Positions 47,791-61,900 of a stretch of DNA of 64,000 nt are shown here, piece by piece. Position 1 is the first letter of the stretch. Every line of letters starts with the position of its first letter. The stretch is from Paraspadella gotoi (lineage: Eukaryota; Animalia; Chaetognatha), in the NCBI GenBank assembly GCA_051294375.1, contig CM119268.1, positions 19,806,785-19,870,784 of the forward strand, written 5' to 3'. The notes beneath the pieces are model-generated. The model ran no database searches. It was given only the letters and a program-made list of their open reading frames with translations, and was not told where the DNA came from. A program made the position numbers and the translations under genes.

Positions 47791-48904
47791 AAAAATGATA
47801 CAATTTAAAAAAATTATGCAAGTTTAAAAAAATTATGCAAGTTGAAAAAAATAAGCAAGTTGAAAAAATTATGCAAGTTGAAAAAAAATATGCAAGTTTG
47901 AAAAAATATGCAAGTTGAAAAATTTGCAAGTTGAAAAAATTATGCAAGTTGAAAAAAAATATGCAAGTTGAAAAAATTATGCAAGTTGAAAAAATTATGC
48001 AAGTTGAAAAAAATTATGCAAGTGAAAAAAATTATGCAAGTTGAAAAAATTAATGCACGAAATGCAGTTGAAGAGAATAGTGCAAAGGTTTTANNNNNNN
48101 NNNNNNNNNNNNNNNNNNNNNNNNNNNNNNNNNNNNNNNNNNNNNNNNNNNNNNNNNNNNNNNNNNNNNNNNNNNNNNNNNNNNNNNNNNNNNNNNNNNN
48201 NNNNNNNNNNNNNNNNNNNNNNNNNNNNNNNNNNNNNNNNNNNNNNNNNNNNNNNNNNNNNNNNNNNNNNNNNNNNNNNNNNNNNNNNNNNNNNNNNNNN
48301 NNNNNNNNNNNNNNNNNNNNNNNNNNNNNNNNNNNNNNNNNNNNNNNNNNNNNNNNNNNNNNNNNNNNNNNNNNNNNNNNNNNNNNNNNNNNNNNNNNNN
48401 NNNNNNNNNNNNNNNNNNNNNNNNNNNNNNNNNNNNNNNNNNNNNNNNNNNNNNNNNNNNNNNNNNNNNNNNNNNNNNNNNNNNNNNNNNNNNNNNNNNN
48501 NNNNNNNNNNNNNNNNNNNNNNNNNNNNNNNNNNNNNNNNNNNNNNNNNNNNNNNNNNNNNNNNNNNNNNNNNNNNNNNNNNNNNNNNNNNNNNNNNNNN
48601 NNNNNNNNNNNNNNNNNNNNNNNNNNNNNNNNNNNNNNNNNNNNNNNNNNNNNNNNNNNNNNNAAAAAAGAGAGAGATATCCTATGCGCATCTAAATCAC
48701 AGAGTAATTGGGTGTTTTTATGCTAAGTGGGACGACGGAGCGACATCGTTTTTTTTGCATAATTTATCATAATTTGATGTTCTGACATGATATATAGTGA
48801 ATGCCCGACAGAAATTTGAGGGGGCGGACCGACAAAGTGAATTATAGAGTCGGAAGTCGGGATCTGCTGAAAGCAGATCCGACTAAAAATTAATGCAAAT
48901 AACC

Positions 48905-49200
48905 TTAAAAACTATTTACAAGTTGCGCAAAATCTTTTTTGGTTTCCGATTTTGGGAATTGCTCCCTCGACTCCAAACGTGCACGCAGAAAATTATCTCT
49001 CTCATCATGGCCTGAAATTTTTCCACAAACGTCGGTTAAATCCCGAATTATTCGCTCAACCGATTGAGTATGCGTTGGGAAAGGTGGAAGATCTAACTTG
49101 TAAAGTATCAGGTTTTGTAAATCGGATATTTTTAGGTCACACGTTAGAATGGATTCATAGATCATACATGGTGACAATTTTACAAGCGCCGGTAGAAATA
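48905..49200 (-). pseudogene. C-terminal fragment of hAT (hATm-like) transposase; noisy duplicate ~56530-56870
   Basis: FPTHTQSVERIIRDLT...ERDNFLRARLESR..FPK..TKKDF. Confidence 0.6.
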
Positions 49201-49369
49201 TGCTGTCATTTGCAAACCAGTGGTTATTTCATTGATTTAAAAATTAGTTGAGCTGAAAATACTAAAACTATTTATGTGTTAAAATTTTATCGGTTTGACA
49301 ATGAGTGGAGAAAGTTGGCTTGTAAAATTGAGTTTCATTTTCTAACTCACTGTTTTTAAATTCAATTTT

Positions 49370-49738
49370 TTTTTTTTTGAATAATCTTTCTTTTTTATGT
49401 GTACTATTAATTAGAGAATTGACAAAGTTTTGTTTGCAACGATTTTATTTTAACGTTGAACAGACATGTTTCGACTTGTTTTACAATTCTTCATCAGCGT
49501 TTTGACAGAATGGTTTAAAATTGGTGCATAAGAAGAGAGAGAGAGAGAATAGGGTAAAAGTTTCCAACAAAGTGGTGAGACAGAATAGTGGGTCAAGATG
49601 AGAGGACAGGTCAAGGTGATGACAGATTGAATTAGTTGTGAAAAAGTGGCCAACCAGCTGGGCTGTCCAAAGTAACCGCTGACGCAGGTTCTGCCCTCCC
49701 CCCCAGGAGCGGAACGGGAAGCTTGCTGCTAAGAGCCG
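49370..49738 (-). mobile_element. Penelope-like pLTR with hammerhead (~49460-49502)
   Basis: Reverse complement CTGATGAAGAATTGTAAAACAAGTCGAAACATGTC; matches ~58570-58940 and ~63540-63900. Confidence 0.7.
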
Positions 49739-49779
49739 NNNNNNNNNNNNNNNNNNNNNNNNNATTATTTTGATTGATA

Positions 49780-52700
49780 GCGATCATTGTAAAGGTTGGA
49801 ATCTGAGTCGCTTTTGGTGAAATGTTTTATTAAGTAAAAGTAAAAGAGGAGGCTAACGATCGGAAATTCGTAAGAGCTTTTCAACCGGCGAGTCAGATTC
49901 GGGAAAAATCTTCTATGGCGAAAATCTTCACAAGAAGGGCGTGAATTTTCGAAAGATTTTGGTTAATTTTTTCTATATTTGAATAGTGTCGATTTTTTAA
50001 AACTTAATTATTAACAAATATTGCCATCATTCTTACCTTGGCCGTATAAGATATATTTTAAAAAACCTCGGGCTTTTCGTTCTCAGAGCTTAGTCCTTAG
50101 TTTAAACCATTATAATTAAAATATATACCTGCCTTTTCCACAGTCTCATATCAAATTGGTCATTGCATCAATCTTCATTAGGAGATAGACTCAGCGGATG
50201 AAACTTAATTCATATGTCAAAAACAGAGTCACGTATTTAAAAAAATGCGTTAAAAGACTCATGATCGAGCCAGACCCCCCACTAATAAAAGAAAATTTAA
50301 TGAAAAAATCCGGAAAAAAAATTAATGGAATGATAGCGATAATGAAATTAATTGATGTATAGTAATTGATTGATGTATATAGTATCTGATTGATGGATAA
50401 TAGTAATTTATTGATGTACATCAGGAAATTTTGATTCATTTGAAGTCGGAATAGATAATTAATTTTGATGCGATGATAACCCAATATCTATGCTGATAAG
50501 AGTTATGATTACAACGAATTGAATTGATAGCCACTGATCACACTTCTCTTGATATGATGATTAGTCATTCACCTGACGCGATGTGATATCATTCTCATTG
50601 ATGCGATGAGTCACTATCAACGTATAAATAAAACAAACACAACGCGTTATGAGTGAGAGAGACAGAGTAGACGACCAGAGACAGAGAGTGTACAAAACAT
50701 TGTTTCAAGCATAAACGTATTCTGACTAAATCTCAAAGCCTGGGGTGAAAAATAATCCACAAAGAATCTTCGGATGTAAAATGTTTGGATTTTGTATTGA
50801 GAAAAAGCGCGGAATACAATGGCGATAATAAAAAGTTCTTTAGAACCGAAAACAAGTTTGCAGCAAACACATGTCGAATCTGCCGCACGATAATTAAGTT
50901 GGTATTCCAGCGTAACAAATCAAATAATTAAATAATATATTAAAAAGAAACAATCTACAATAAAGTACAAAAAAAATATTTTGTGTGATGTGATAACCCT
51001 TTACGTATTTTCGGTTGCTTTTTATTTAGAGAAATACAAAGTTGTATTAATTGTGTTAGTCACGATATTAATTGGAATAACGGACATGCTTTCTTCGGTC
51101 TCAACCCAGCATTTCGCAGCATATCATCGCAGCATTTGCCATAAGGAAAATATTTGTGCAAAAAGGAAGGGATAGTGAAGTAGAGAGAGAGAGAGAGAGA
51201 TTAGAGGTAAGAGGCTTTTCCAACAAAGTGGTGAGACAGAATAGTGTCAGATTGAGAGAACAGGCTGAAGTTGAGGACAGATTGAGTGAGTTGTGAAAAG
51301 AAATGAAATTTTTGTAGAGAGAGAGAAGAGGAGAGAGAGAGAGGGACAACGAGCGGATAAATTAAATAAGTATTAAAGGATACATTTTGTAATGTACAAC
51401 AAAAGTAAAAAATTTGAAAAAACTAATGTTCAGTAAGAGTTTAACAATTATTCTAATTTAAATTAGTTAGCCTAAAGGATAGTAACATGAATTATGAAAT
51501 TTGAAATGTGAAAAGGTAGTTGATCAGTTAGGGAGGATCAGGAAAGTGAAATTAAGGAGAAAGAAAGAGCTCAGAAATGAGCTGGCCCCCCTTGCTTTTA
51601 TATGCAAATGAAGGACAGAATATGGTTGCCAGGTCATTAGCGCGTTCATAGGCTGAGAGGAGAGTCTTTAGAACCAGTGAATGTTGCACTGGGGCTATCG
51701 AAGCCTGAACGGACAGATTCCCACAGCCACTCTTATGTCTCTCTTGGCCTGTTTGTGCCTGCTGGGCTGCCCTCTTCTCGCCTGCTGGCGAGGCGCGCGG
51801 TGTGTCGTTCTTGCCGCTTTAGTGAACAGGAGTGGTGGGACTCCTCTCCCTCCTCCCTGAAGCCGTCGTTTTGCGGCGGCGCCAGTCGCCCACGAGAGAG
51901 GGACTGAGTTGCTTCCCATTTGAGTGAGAGGCATCGTTGCCCATTGCCTGCTGCAAGGGTCTCCCAGTTCTCGATTGAGTGGACGACAGTGGGAATCATC
52001 TTGTCGGGCGTGGTGGAGGCGGGGCCTTCACACGCTTTTGATAAGGCGTATCATTGAACTTGGAGGGATCGAGTCCCATACTAAAGAGGGCTCGAGGGCT
52101 TTGATGTTTAAATTGCCTCTCTAATACCTCTTGAGAGACCAGTTTTTGGGTCATGGGGACAGCACGAGGACAGTTACTGATTCCCTGAACAGATGGCTTG
52201 TGCCTGCCGAATGTTCAGCGAACTGCGGACGACATTGACTTAGTTTTCAAATTTTTACATTGTTGGTGTACATTACAAAATGTATCTTTATAACTTATTT
52301 ATTTATCCCTGTTGTTCCTCTCTCCTCTCTCCCTCTCTCTCACTCTAACAAAATTTCATTTTCTTTTCACACTCACTCCAAATCTTCCTCAACTTCAGGC
52401 CTGTTTCTCTCATTCCTGACCACTATTCTGTCTCACCACTTTGTTGGGAAACCTTTACCTCTATCTCTCTCTCTCTCTCTCTCTCACACCCTTCTTTTTG
52501 CACAAATATTTCCTTTATGGCAAACGCATGATGAAGGCTCGAAAATGTGAGCCGTAAACAGTGCGTATCTCCATTAAATTCGTTGTTACCACAATCTAAG
52601 AAACTTGTTTTTCTCTAAAAAAATTTTTTAAATATTATTATTTTTCCACTTGCATCATTTTTTTTTACTAGCATCATTTTTATACCTCACATAATTTTTA

Positions 52701-55700
52701 TTAACTTGCCATATTTTTTTTAACTTCGCATAATTTTTCAACTTGGCATACTTTTTTTCAACTCTTCATAAAATTTTTTAAATTTTCATAATTTCAACTT
52801 GCACAATTTTTTTCAATTGCATACTTTGGTTTAAATATCATTCATTCTTTCAACTTGCATCATTCTTTCAACTTGCATCATTTTTCAACTTGCATACTTT
52901 GTTTAACTATTCATCATTCTTTTCAACTTGCATCATCTTTCAACTTGTCTTTTTTTCAATCTCGCATAAAAATTGTATCATTTTTAAAATTTGTATCATA
53001 TTTAAAAATCTGTCATCACATTTTTTTTAAAACTTGCATCATTTTTTTTAAATTACATCATTTTTAGACTTGCATCATTTTTATAACTTGTATAATTTTT
53101 TCAACCTGTTATCATTTTTTTCAACTTGCTCATTTTTTTTTAAACTTTCATCATTTTTAAATTTGCATCATTTTTTTATTTTTGCATCATTCTTTCACTT
53201 GCAACATTCTTTCAACTGTTGCATCATTTTTCAATATGCATCATTTTTTTAACGTAAATTATTTTTTTAAATTGCATCATTTTTTCACTTAATTAATTAA
53301 TAAAATAATTAATTAATTAAAACATTTCATGAGTTTAGCATTAAAATATAAAAAGTAAAGTCCAAACTTTGCTTTTTTTTTTAGTCGGATCTGCTTATCG
53401 CAGATCCCGACTCTTTAATTCACTTTGTCGGTCCGTCGGTCCGCCCCCTCAATATTGTCGGGCACTAAACTTATATCATGTCAGAACATTCGATTATGAT
53501 AAATTATGCAAAAAAATGATGTCCGTCCGTCCATCCGTTTACTCCGTACGTTCCGAATCCGTCCGTCCCACCTTAGCAAAAATACACCACTACTCGTTGA
53601 TTGGATGGATGGATTGGATATGAAATTTTGTTGTGTGCGGTAGTAGAGTGATGTGAAAATGATAAAATTTTTTGAAAATTAAAATTTAGCATATAAAAAC
53701 GTGAAAATCAAAAACTTATAAAAATACTTTGCGTAAATTAATTTTTAAATTTCATACATTAGTGGCACCAGTGAGCTATACTTTATATTAGTTACATAAG
53801 TATACTAATGGCTAAAATTTCAAAATAAAAATTTTAAATTTTTAAGATCGGATTTGGATTCTTTACAAAAAGTTAATATAAGAAAGTATAATTCTTTTTT
53901 AAAAATATTTTCATTAAGTTAGTCAAAAATCTAAAAAATTATGTTTTTAAGATTACCGATTTTATAATTTCCGAGCTGTAAAAATATAGTTTTTTGTAAT
54001 TTAAACCTACTTAATGACATATATTTTTTAAAAGATTTATATTTTATCTATCAAACTTTTAACAAAGGAATCTGATCTGTTCTCAGAATTTAAAAAAAAA
54101 ACATTTTGAAATTTTGAACATTTATATAAGGGTAGTACTATATAAAAATAAGTGACTGGGCTACTATATTATAAAAAAAAACAAAACTCTTGATTAGTAT
54201 TTCACTAATATAAATAGTTTTCAAAGATATAACTGCTGAAATTTGATTCCAAACTCTTCACTTCACAGCCTAGTGGGTGGGAATGATGTTGATTGAGCTG
54301 GTATATGAAGTTTCGATGGAATGGTCGTCCGAGTGGAAATGAGTTTAATGGAAAAAAACAAAAAAACCTTTTCAACTAATTGATTATGCTTTTTTTACCT
54401 TTGTATATTAAATGTAAATGAAGGATGTATTAATAAATCCAAATAATTAATCAGTTAATTAATTCAAATTAGTCAATTAATTTAATCAATAATTTAATTA
54501 ATTAGTCAATCAATCCATCATCCATCCCATCTTAGCAAAAAGCTCAATATACTCTGTTATGCTGCGTTGCATTGGATTGAAATTTGTGTGTGGGTAGGAC
54601 AATGTGAGATTTGAAGCTCGATATAAGTTTCGATGGAATTCGTGCGAGTGGAAATGAGTTTAAATGGAAAAACACATAAGTTGCATTTACTTATTTTACT
54701 TATTTTACTTGTTTTAATCAACTAAATACTCTATTTTAATCATAATTGGATGAATAGATTTAGTTTGAAATTTTGTGTATGCGGTTAGGAAAGTGTATGA
54801 CGTAAGCTTGATATACAAAGTTTTGGTGGAAACGTACGAGTGGAAATGAGTTTAAATAAAAATATGAGTCACATTTACTTGATCTTTTTTGTTTTCACGA
54901 TCTTGTTAGTCCTGCAATGTTACTTATTTTTACCCATAATTACTCGAATTAATCATAATTGATTTTAATAGATATGAAAAGGAAAGTGTGTGAAGAAAGC
55001 GAGATATAAAAGTTTTGACGGGAATTGTGCCTATGGAATGAGTTTAAAATGGAAAAAAACATAATTCACATTTCTTTTTAAATCTTTTTTTATTTGATTA
55101 CTAATAAATGTTTTTTAATTAATTAATTTGAAAAAATGATACAATTTAAAAAATTATGCAAGGTAAAAAATTATGCAAGTTGAAAAAATAAGCAAGTTGA
55201 AAAAATTATGCAAGTTGAAAAAAATATGATTGAAATTCAAGTTGAAAAAATTTGCAAGTTGAAAAAAAATTGCACAGTGAAAAATAGCAAGAAAATATGC
55301 ATGAAATGCTTTGAAAAATTATGCAAGTGGAAAATAAATTATGCAAGTTGAAAAAAATTATCAAGTTGAAAAAGATATGCGCAAGGAAAAAATTAGCAAG
55401 GAAGAAATAATGCAATGTTAAAAAATGATGTAAATTTGAAAAATGATTGAGTTGAAAAAATTATGTGATGGAAAAAATGATGCAAGTTGAAAAATGATGA
55501 AAGTTAAAAACATGCGTAAGAATTGTAAAAATGATGTAAATTGAAAAAATGATGAGCTGGAAAATTATGTGGCGTGGAAAAAAAATTATGCGAGTTCAAA
55601 GAAATGATGCAAGTTAAAAAAATGATGCGAGTTAAAAAAAATTTTAAAAATATTTGTGATTTATCATCTGATTAGCAGATTACCGCTATTTATTGGTAGG

Positions 55701-57260
55701 GCACATGCAGCCTTCTTGCATCAAAGCCGAAACATGTACGTTTATATGGATAAAATAAAATTCGTGTGATGAAAAAAATCATTTTAGCCCAAATACATTA
55801 TAACCAACGAAGAAAAGAAAGGTTATTACACTAGTTTAATTATTTAATTATTATGCAATTAAATTTGATCCAAAATGTTTTGTTTTGATTGATTTAATTA
55901 ACTGATTAATTAATATGCATTAACTAATTGATTAATTGATTAATTAACTAATTACTATTTGATTAATTTAATATATCTTGCAATTACATTTTAAAATAAA
56001 TAGAAAAAGAAGCATAATCAATTAGCTGAAACAGGTTCTTGTTTTTTTCCATTTAAACTCATTTCCATCTAAACGATTCCATCGAAACTTATTCATCCAG
56101 TTTAATCTACACCACTTTTCCACCCAAATACAAAATTTCAAGTCAATCGCCCCATCCACTCATGCAGTAATTGGTATTCAAATTGGTGAAATATATTTTT
56201 TTGTTTTTTCCATTTTAAATCCATTTCGATTTCCATCGAAACTTTATATCCAGTTCAAGTCACCACAGCTTCCCTACCCACTCACAAATAATTTCATTCC
56301 ACAATCCATCCATCTAATCACGAGAGAATGGGGTGTTTTATGCTAAGGTGGCCGACGGACGGAACGGACAATCGTTTTTTTTATTGTGCATAATTTATAT
56401 CATTATTTGATGTTCTGACTATGATATAAGGAATGCCCGACAAAATTGAGGGGGCGGAACCGACAACAGTGAATTATAGAGTCGGGAATCTGCTGAACGC
56501 AGATTCCGACTAAAATTAATGCAAATAACCTTAAACTATTTACAAGTTGCGCAAAATCTTTTTGTTTCCGATTGTTGGGAATTGCTCCCCTCGACTCCAA
56601 ACGTGCACGCAGAAAAATTATCTCTCTAATCATGGCCTGAAATTTTTCCACAAAACGTGGTAAATCCCGAATTTTAATTCGCTCAACCGATTGATATGCG
56701 TGGGAAAGGTGGAAAGATTACTTAACTTGTAAAGTATTCAGGTTTTGTAAATCGGATATTTTTATACGCACAAACGCGTTAGAATGGATTCCATAGATCA
56801 TACATGGTGACAGATTTTACAAGCGCCGGGTAGAAATATGCTGTCATTTGCCAAACCAGTTTATTTCATTGATTTAAAAATTAGTTGAGCTGAAATACTG
56901 AAAAATATTTATGTGTATAAAATTTATCGGTTTGACAATGAGTGGAGAAAGTTGCTGTAAAATTGAGTTTCATTTTTCTAACTCACTGTTTTTAAATTTC
57001 AATTTTTTTTTTTTGAATAGTAATCCTTTCTTTTTTTGTTGTTACTATTAATTAGAGAATTGACAAAGTTTTTGTTTGCAACGAATTTTTTATAGTTGAA
57101 CAGACATTTTCGACTTGTTTTACAATTCTCTTCATACAGCGTTTTGACAGAATGGTTTAAAATTGGTGCATAAGAAGAGATAGAGAGAGAGAAAAATAGG
57201 GTAAAAGTTTTTCCAACAAAGTGGTGAGACAGAATAGTGGTCAGATGAGAGGACAGGTCA
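49780..57260. repeat. Indel-rich duplicate of ~42670-49620 (probable assembly redundancy)
   Basis: Collinear copy with pervasive 1-bp indels, starting at an N gap. Confidence 0.8.
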
Positions 57261-58950
57261 AGCTGAGGACAGATTGAATAAGTGTGAAAAGAAGTTGAAA
57301 CTTTGAGAAGAGAGAGAGAGAGAGAACAGGGGATAAGATTAAATAATAAATGATACATTGTGCAATGTACAACAAAGATAAAATGGTTTGAAACTAAAAT
57401 TAGTAAAATTTTAACAATTGTCAGTGGATAAATAGTTAAGGATAGAAACGTGCGAAAAATGAAATGAATTTGTTGAAAAATGAAATATGAGAATTTTGTA
57501 GTTGCTTAAGAAAATGATTAAATGAATTAAGAGTAAGAAAGAGCTAAAAATGAGCTGGCCCCCCTTGGTTTATGCACAATGAAGGGACTGGACGCATGCG
57601 TCATTGGCGCGTCATGGGCTGAGAGGCAGAGTGGCGACTGAACCGGTAAATTCTGCACCGGGATTGTACCAGGCGGAAAAAATTTTACCAAGTCGCCAGC
57701 TCTCATGCTCTCCTCTGACCTGATACGCCCTGCCGGCTGCTCCTCTTCTCGCCTGCTGGCGAGGCGGGCGATTGGTCTATTTTTTCCGCTTTTGCGACAG
57801 GATGATAGACTCCTCTCCTCCTCCTGAAGCCGTCTGTCTTTGGGCCGCCGCTCAGTCCACAGAGAGAGGGACTGAGTTGCTGCATTTGAAGAGTTGGCAT
57901 CGTTTGCCCATTGCCTGCGTAAGGGTCTCTGCCGTTGTCACTGTTGCAGTGGAGACGGGGAACATCATTGTGGCGGGCATGGTGGCGGGCCCGCAAGGGC
58001 CTCCCACCACGCTTTGATTAAGCGAATCATAGCTTGAGGGAGGTTGAATGTCTCCATCCACGGTTTCAAAGAGGGCTCAGGGCTTTGATGTAGGACTGCC
58101 TTTCTAATACCTCTTGAGAACAGTTTGGTGGTCTATGGGACAGCACGAGACAGTCTGAATCTCCTGGAACAAATGGCCTGTTTCTGCTGAATGCCCTCAG
58201 CTATTGCGGACAAGTAGTGACCTCTGGCGTCGACGTAAGGCTTCTTTATGGTGTGCTGGATAATCATCTGTAAGAGATTTGCCTGTCTCGCCCACGTATG
58301 ATCGTGCTGTGGCAGGCTTGGTTACCCGCCCCTGAACAGGCAGCCCATAGACGGCTCCTGATGTTTTCGGTCTGGGATTTTTATCTTTATACGAGTTGTC
58401 AACCCTCAAAATGCTCATGTAGGGAGCCGGAGGCCGTCACTGAAGTGGAGATCCCCCTGCTTTGCTAGCACCCGCACCAATGATTCAGTGCTCCCCTGGT
58501 GCGTAGGGAGGGACAAGTGCCCCACGTTCCTTGGGCGTTTTCTGCTTATCTTCACTTGCGCTTTGGTGGGCGCGGTCGGCTCTTCAGCAGCAAGCTTCCC
58601 GTTCCGCCTCCTGGGGGGTGAGGGAGAACCTGCGGTCAGCGGTTACTTGGACAGCCCCTGTTGGCCACTTTTTCACAACTAATTCAATCTGTCCTCACCT
58701 TGACCTGTCCTCTCATCTTGACCACTATTCTGTCTCACCACTTTGTTGGAAAACTTTTACCTATCTCTCATACTACATCTCAATCTCTCATTATCTCTTC
58801 CTCTCTTCTCTCTCTCTCTTACTTATGCACAAATTTTAAACCATTCTGTCAAAACGCTGATTTGAAGACTTGTAAAAACAAGTCGAAAACATGTCTGTCT
58901 AAGCTATAAATAAAATTGATCGTTTGCAAACAAAAACTTTGTTCAATTCT
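57000..58950 (-). mobile_element. Penelope-like element fragment (GIY-YIG endonuclease) with inverted pLTR and hammerheads, noisy
   Basis: GAVY...SYVGETGKSL in ORF 58197-58418; hammerhead-like cores ~57101-57142 (-) and ~58855-58897 (+). Confidence 0.75.
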
Positions 58951-61900
58951 TCTAAATTTTTTTTATATTTATAGCACTTTTTTTAAACAACAGTATTTAT
59001 TAAAATTCATTAAACAATATTAATATCCTCAGAAACCCTTAAAATTGAAAAATATGAAGAGAATGATATACTTACGAAAGCTTTAACATTCGTCCGTTCT
59101 ATACGGCCAGACATTTTTTATCTTAAAACGGGGGCGCAGAAGTTTTTTCAATTTTTTGTGCGACGGCGTTTTTAAAGTAAAAATTATTTAGAGAATTTTT
59201 TGTTAAAATAACCGAACGTTTTTTGTTAACGGGTTTAATTTTTTAAATGAATTATTATAATTGTTTATATTATATTTTTCATTTTTTATATAAATTAAAC
59301 TCCGTCGGGAGCGCGAGCCTTTCTTGGCTCTTTTTCGGGTATTTTTTCTCTAAAGTTAACAGGCCCCCGCGCCTGAAAGGACTAGGCCTATTTTTTACTT
59401 TAATTCGATGGCGCTCAGGCTTTTCTAAAAGGCTTTTTTCTTTTCTGTGAGCTGAAAAGCTCGTCTTCCGTTTTTATAGATTAACTATTTTTCCATTTAA
59501 TTAATAGTTATTTTTATTTCGTTTATTTCCCTGTTTTTCTGGTTTTATTTAAATTCGAATGAAAATTCGGATTCTCCTGTGGCGGAAGTAAAGGGTTGGG
59601 ACTTCGAAATACGGATTCGATTTCCTGTAAAACGCGGCGAAAAACGTTATTTATTAATCATTTTCTTTCAGTCGCGTTCACTCAGATTTCCTATTTTTTC
59701 TGCACTTAGCAAATCTTTTTCATGGGAGTGCCCCGTTTAAAAAGCCGTATTTATTTTTATTTCAATGTTTTATATATAACACCAACATGATTAATTGAAT
59801 GATTGATTGATCAATTAAATAAATTCATATCGGCCTGTTAGTTTTTTAGGTTATTTTTTAGGTCACTGACCAGGCATAAACCAACAACGACGTTGGAGAT
59901 GGACGACAATTGATAACATCTGACATTGTTTAATTGACTGATTTAATTGATTGATTAATTAATTTAAATTTGGTTCTTTTAATAATTTATTTATAAATAA
60001 ATTTATTAATTAATTGATTGATTAATAAAAAAATTGAACATTAATTTTTTGATTGATTAGTTAATTGATTGATTAATTAATTGAAAAATTAATGCAGCTT
60101 GTATTTATATTTAATAAAAAAGCAAAAAACAAATAGGGAAACAGGTTTATTGTTTTTTTTCATTTAAACTCATTTCCACTCAAACGATTCTTTCAATCTT
60201 ACAAATCTTACAATTTTTCATAGTAAATATTTTACTTGTTATTTGTTAACAAAAAAGAATGTTTAAAATTATTCTACCAATGAATTACATGTCTAAATAT
60301 TTACAAATGTAAACTTTTAAAGGAAGCGATGTGCACTCGAAACCGAAAGCGATCCGGGCTAAAAAAGTAGGGATTGCACCCGAAAACTGGAGCGCGAGGG
60401 GTCTTGGAAGCGCCGGATTGGCAGCGGCGGAAAATCGATCGCTTCCACATCTCTGGAAGAAATTTTACATTAAATTGTAACAACTCGTCGACATCGTGAA
60501 GAAAACCGCGAAGTTCTTCCCGAAGAGTTTCTTGGATCGAATATTCGGTCAGAGGACAGGAAATCAAATCAATTGTTGCGATTAAGATTTGAATTCAGTT
60601 TTTCACGAGATGAACTTGTGACGTCGGTATCTTTGCTAAGGAAGAAGTTTTAGATTTTGACTTTGCGTCCATTTAGGTTTAAATTTGTTAGGAAGAAAAT
60701 AATTTGTTTTTATTTTTTGAACGTGGAATCCGCAAAGCGGTTTTAAGTTTCTAATGTATTTAAACTTTCTATGCCTTTTGGGTCCCGCGTTCGAGGCGTC
60801 GCCCGNNNNNNNNNNNNNNNNNNNNNNNNNTTTGATAACGTTTTCATTCACGATCGAATCCTCGTAAACCGTCGCCGTTAAGAATTTAAGTTTCCTACGG
60901 GTTTTTTGATAATGCAAAAATAATAAAATAATAGATATCGCAAAACTCAAGTTGTAAGCTAATTTAAACGGCGACGCCTCGAACGCGGGACCCAAATAGG
61001 CATAGAAAGTTTAAATACATTAGGAACTTTAAAAACGCTTTGGCGGATTCCAACGTTCACAAAAATAAAAACAAATTATTTTCTTCCTAACAGATTTAAA
61101 CCTAAAATGGACGCAGGCAAAGTCAAAAATCCTAAAACTTCTTCCTGAGCAAAAGATTACCCTGACCGTCACAAGTTTTCATCTCGTGAAAAACTGAAGT
61201 CCAAATCTTAATCGCAACAATTGGATTTGAATTTCCTGTCTCTGACCAAAATAGTTCGATCCAAGAAACTCTTCGGGAAGAACTTCGACAGGTTTCTTAC
61301 ACCGGATGATCGACGAGTTGTTTACAATTTAATGTAAAATTTCTTCCAGAGATGTGGGAAGCGATCGATTTCCGCCGCGTGCCAATGCCGGGCGCTTCCG
61401 AAGACCCCTCGCGCTCCAGTTTTCCGGGTGCAATCCTACTTTTTTAGCCCGGATGCGTTTCGGTTTCGAGTGCACAGTCGCTTCTCTTTAAAAGTTTACC
61501 ATTTGTAAAATATTTAGAAGCATGTAATCTATTGGTAGAATAATTTTAAACATTCTTTTTGGTTACAAATAACAAAGTAAAATATTTACTATGAAAAATT
61601 GTAAGATTTGTAAGATCTGAAAGAATCGTTTGAGTGGGAAATGATTTAAATGAAAAAAAACAATAAACCTGTTTCCCTATTTGTTTTTTGCTTTTTTATT
61701 AAATAATAAATACAAGCTGCATTAATTTTTCAATTAAAATTAATCAATCAATTAATAATCAATCAAAAATTAAATGTTCAATTTTTTTATTAATCAATCA
61801 ATTATTAATAAATTTATTTTAAAATAAATTATTAAAAGAACCAATAATAATTAATCAATCAATTAAATCATCAATTTAAACAATGTCCAGAGTTATCAAT

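Noticed and set aside
47968-48772. Long ORFs across 48.1-48.7 kb
   Set aside because: Artefacts of the N gap
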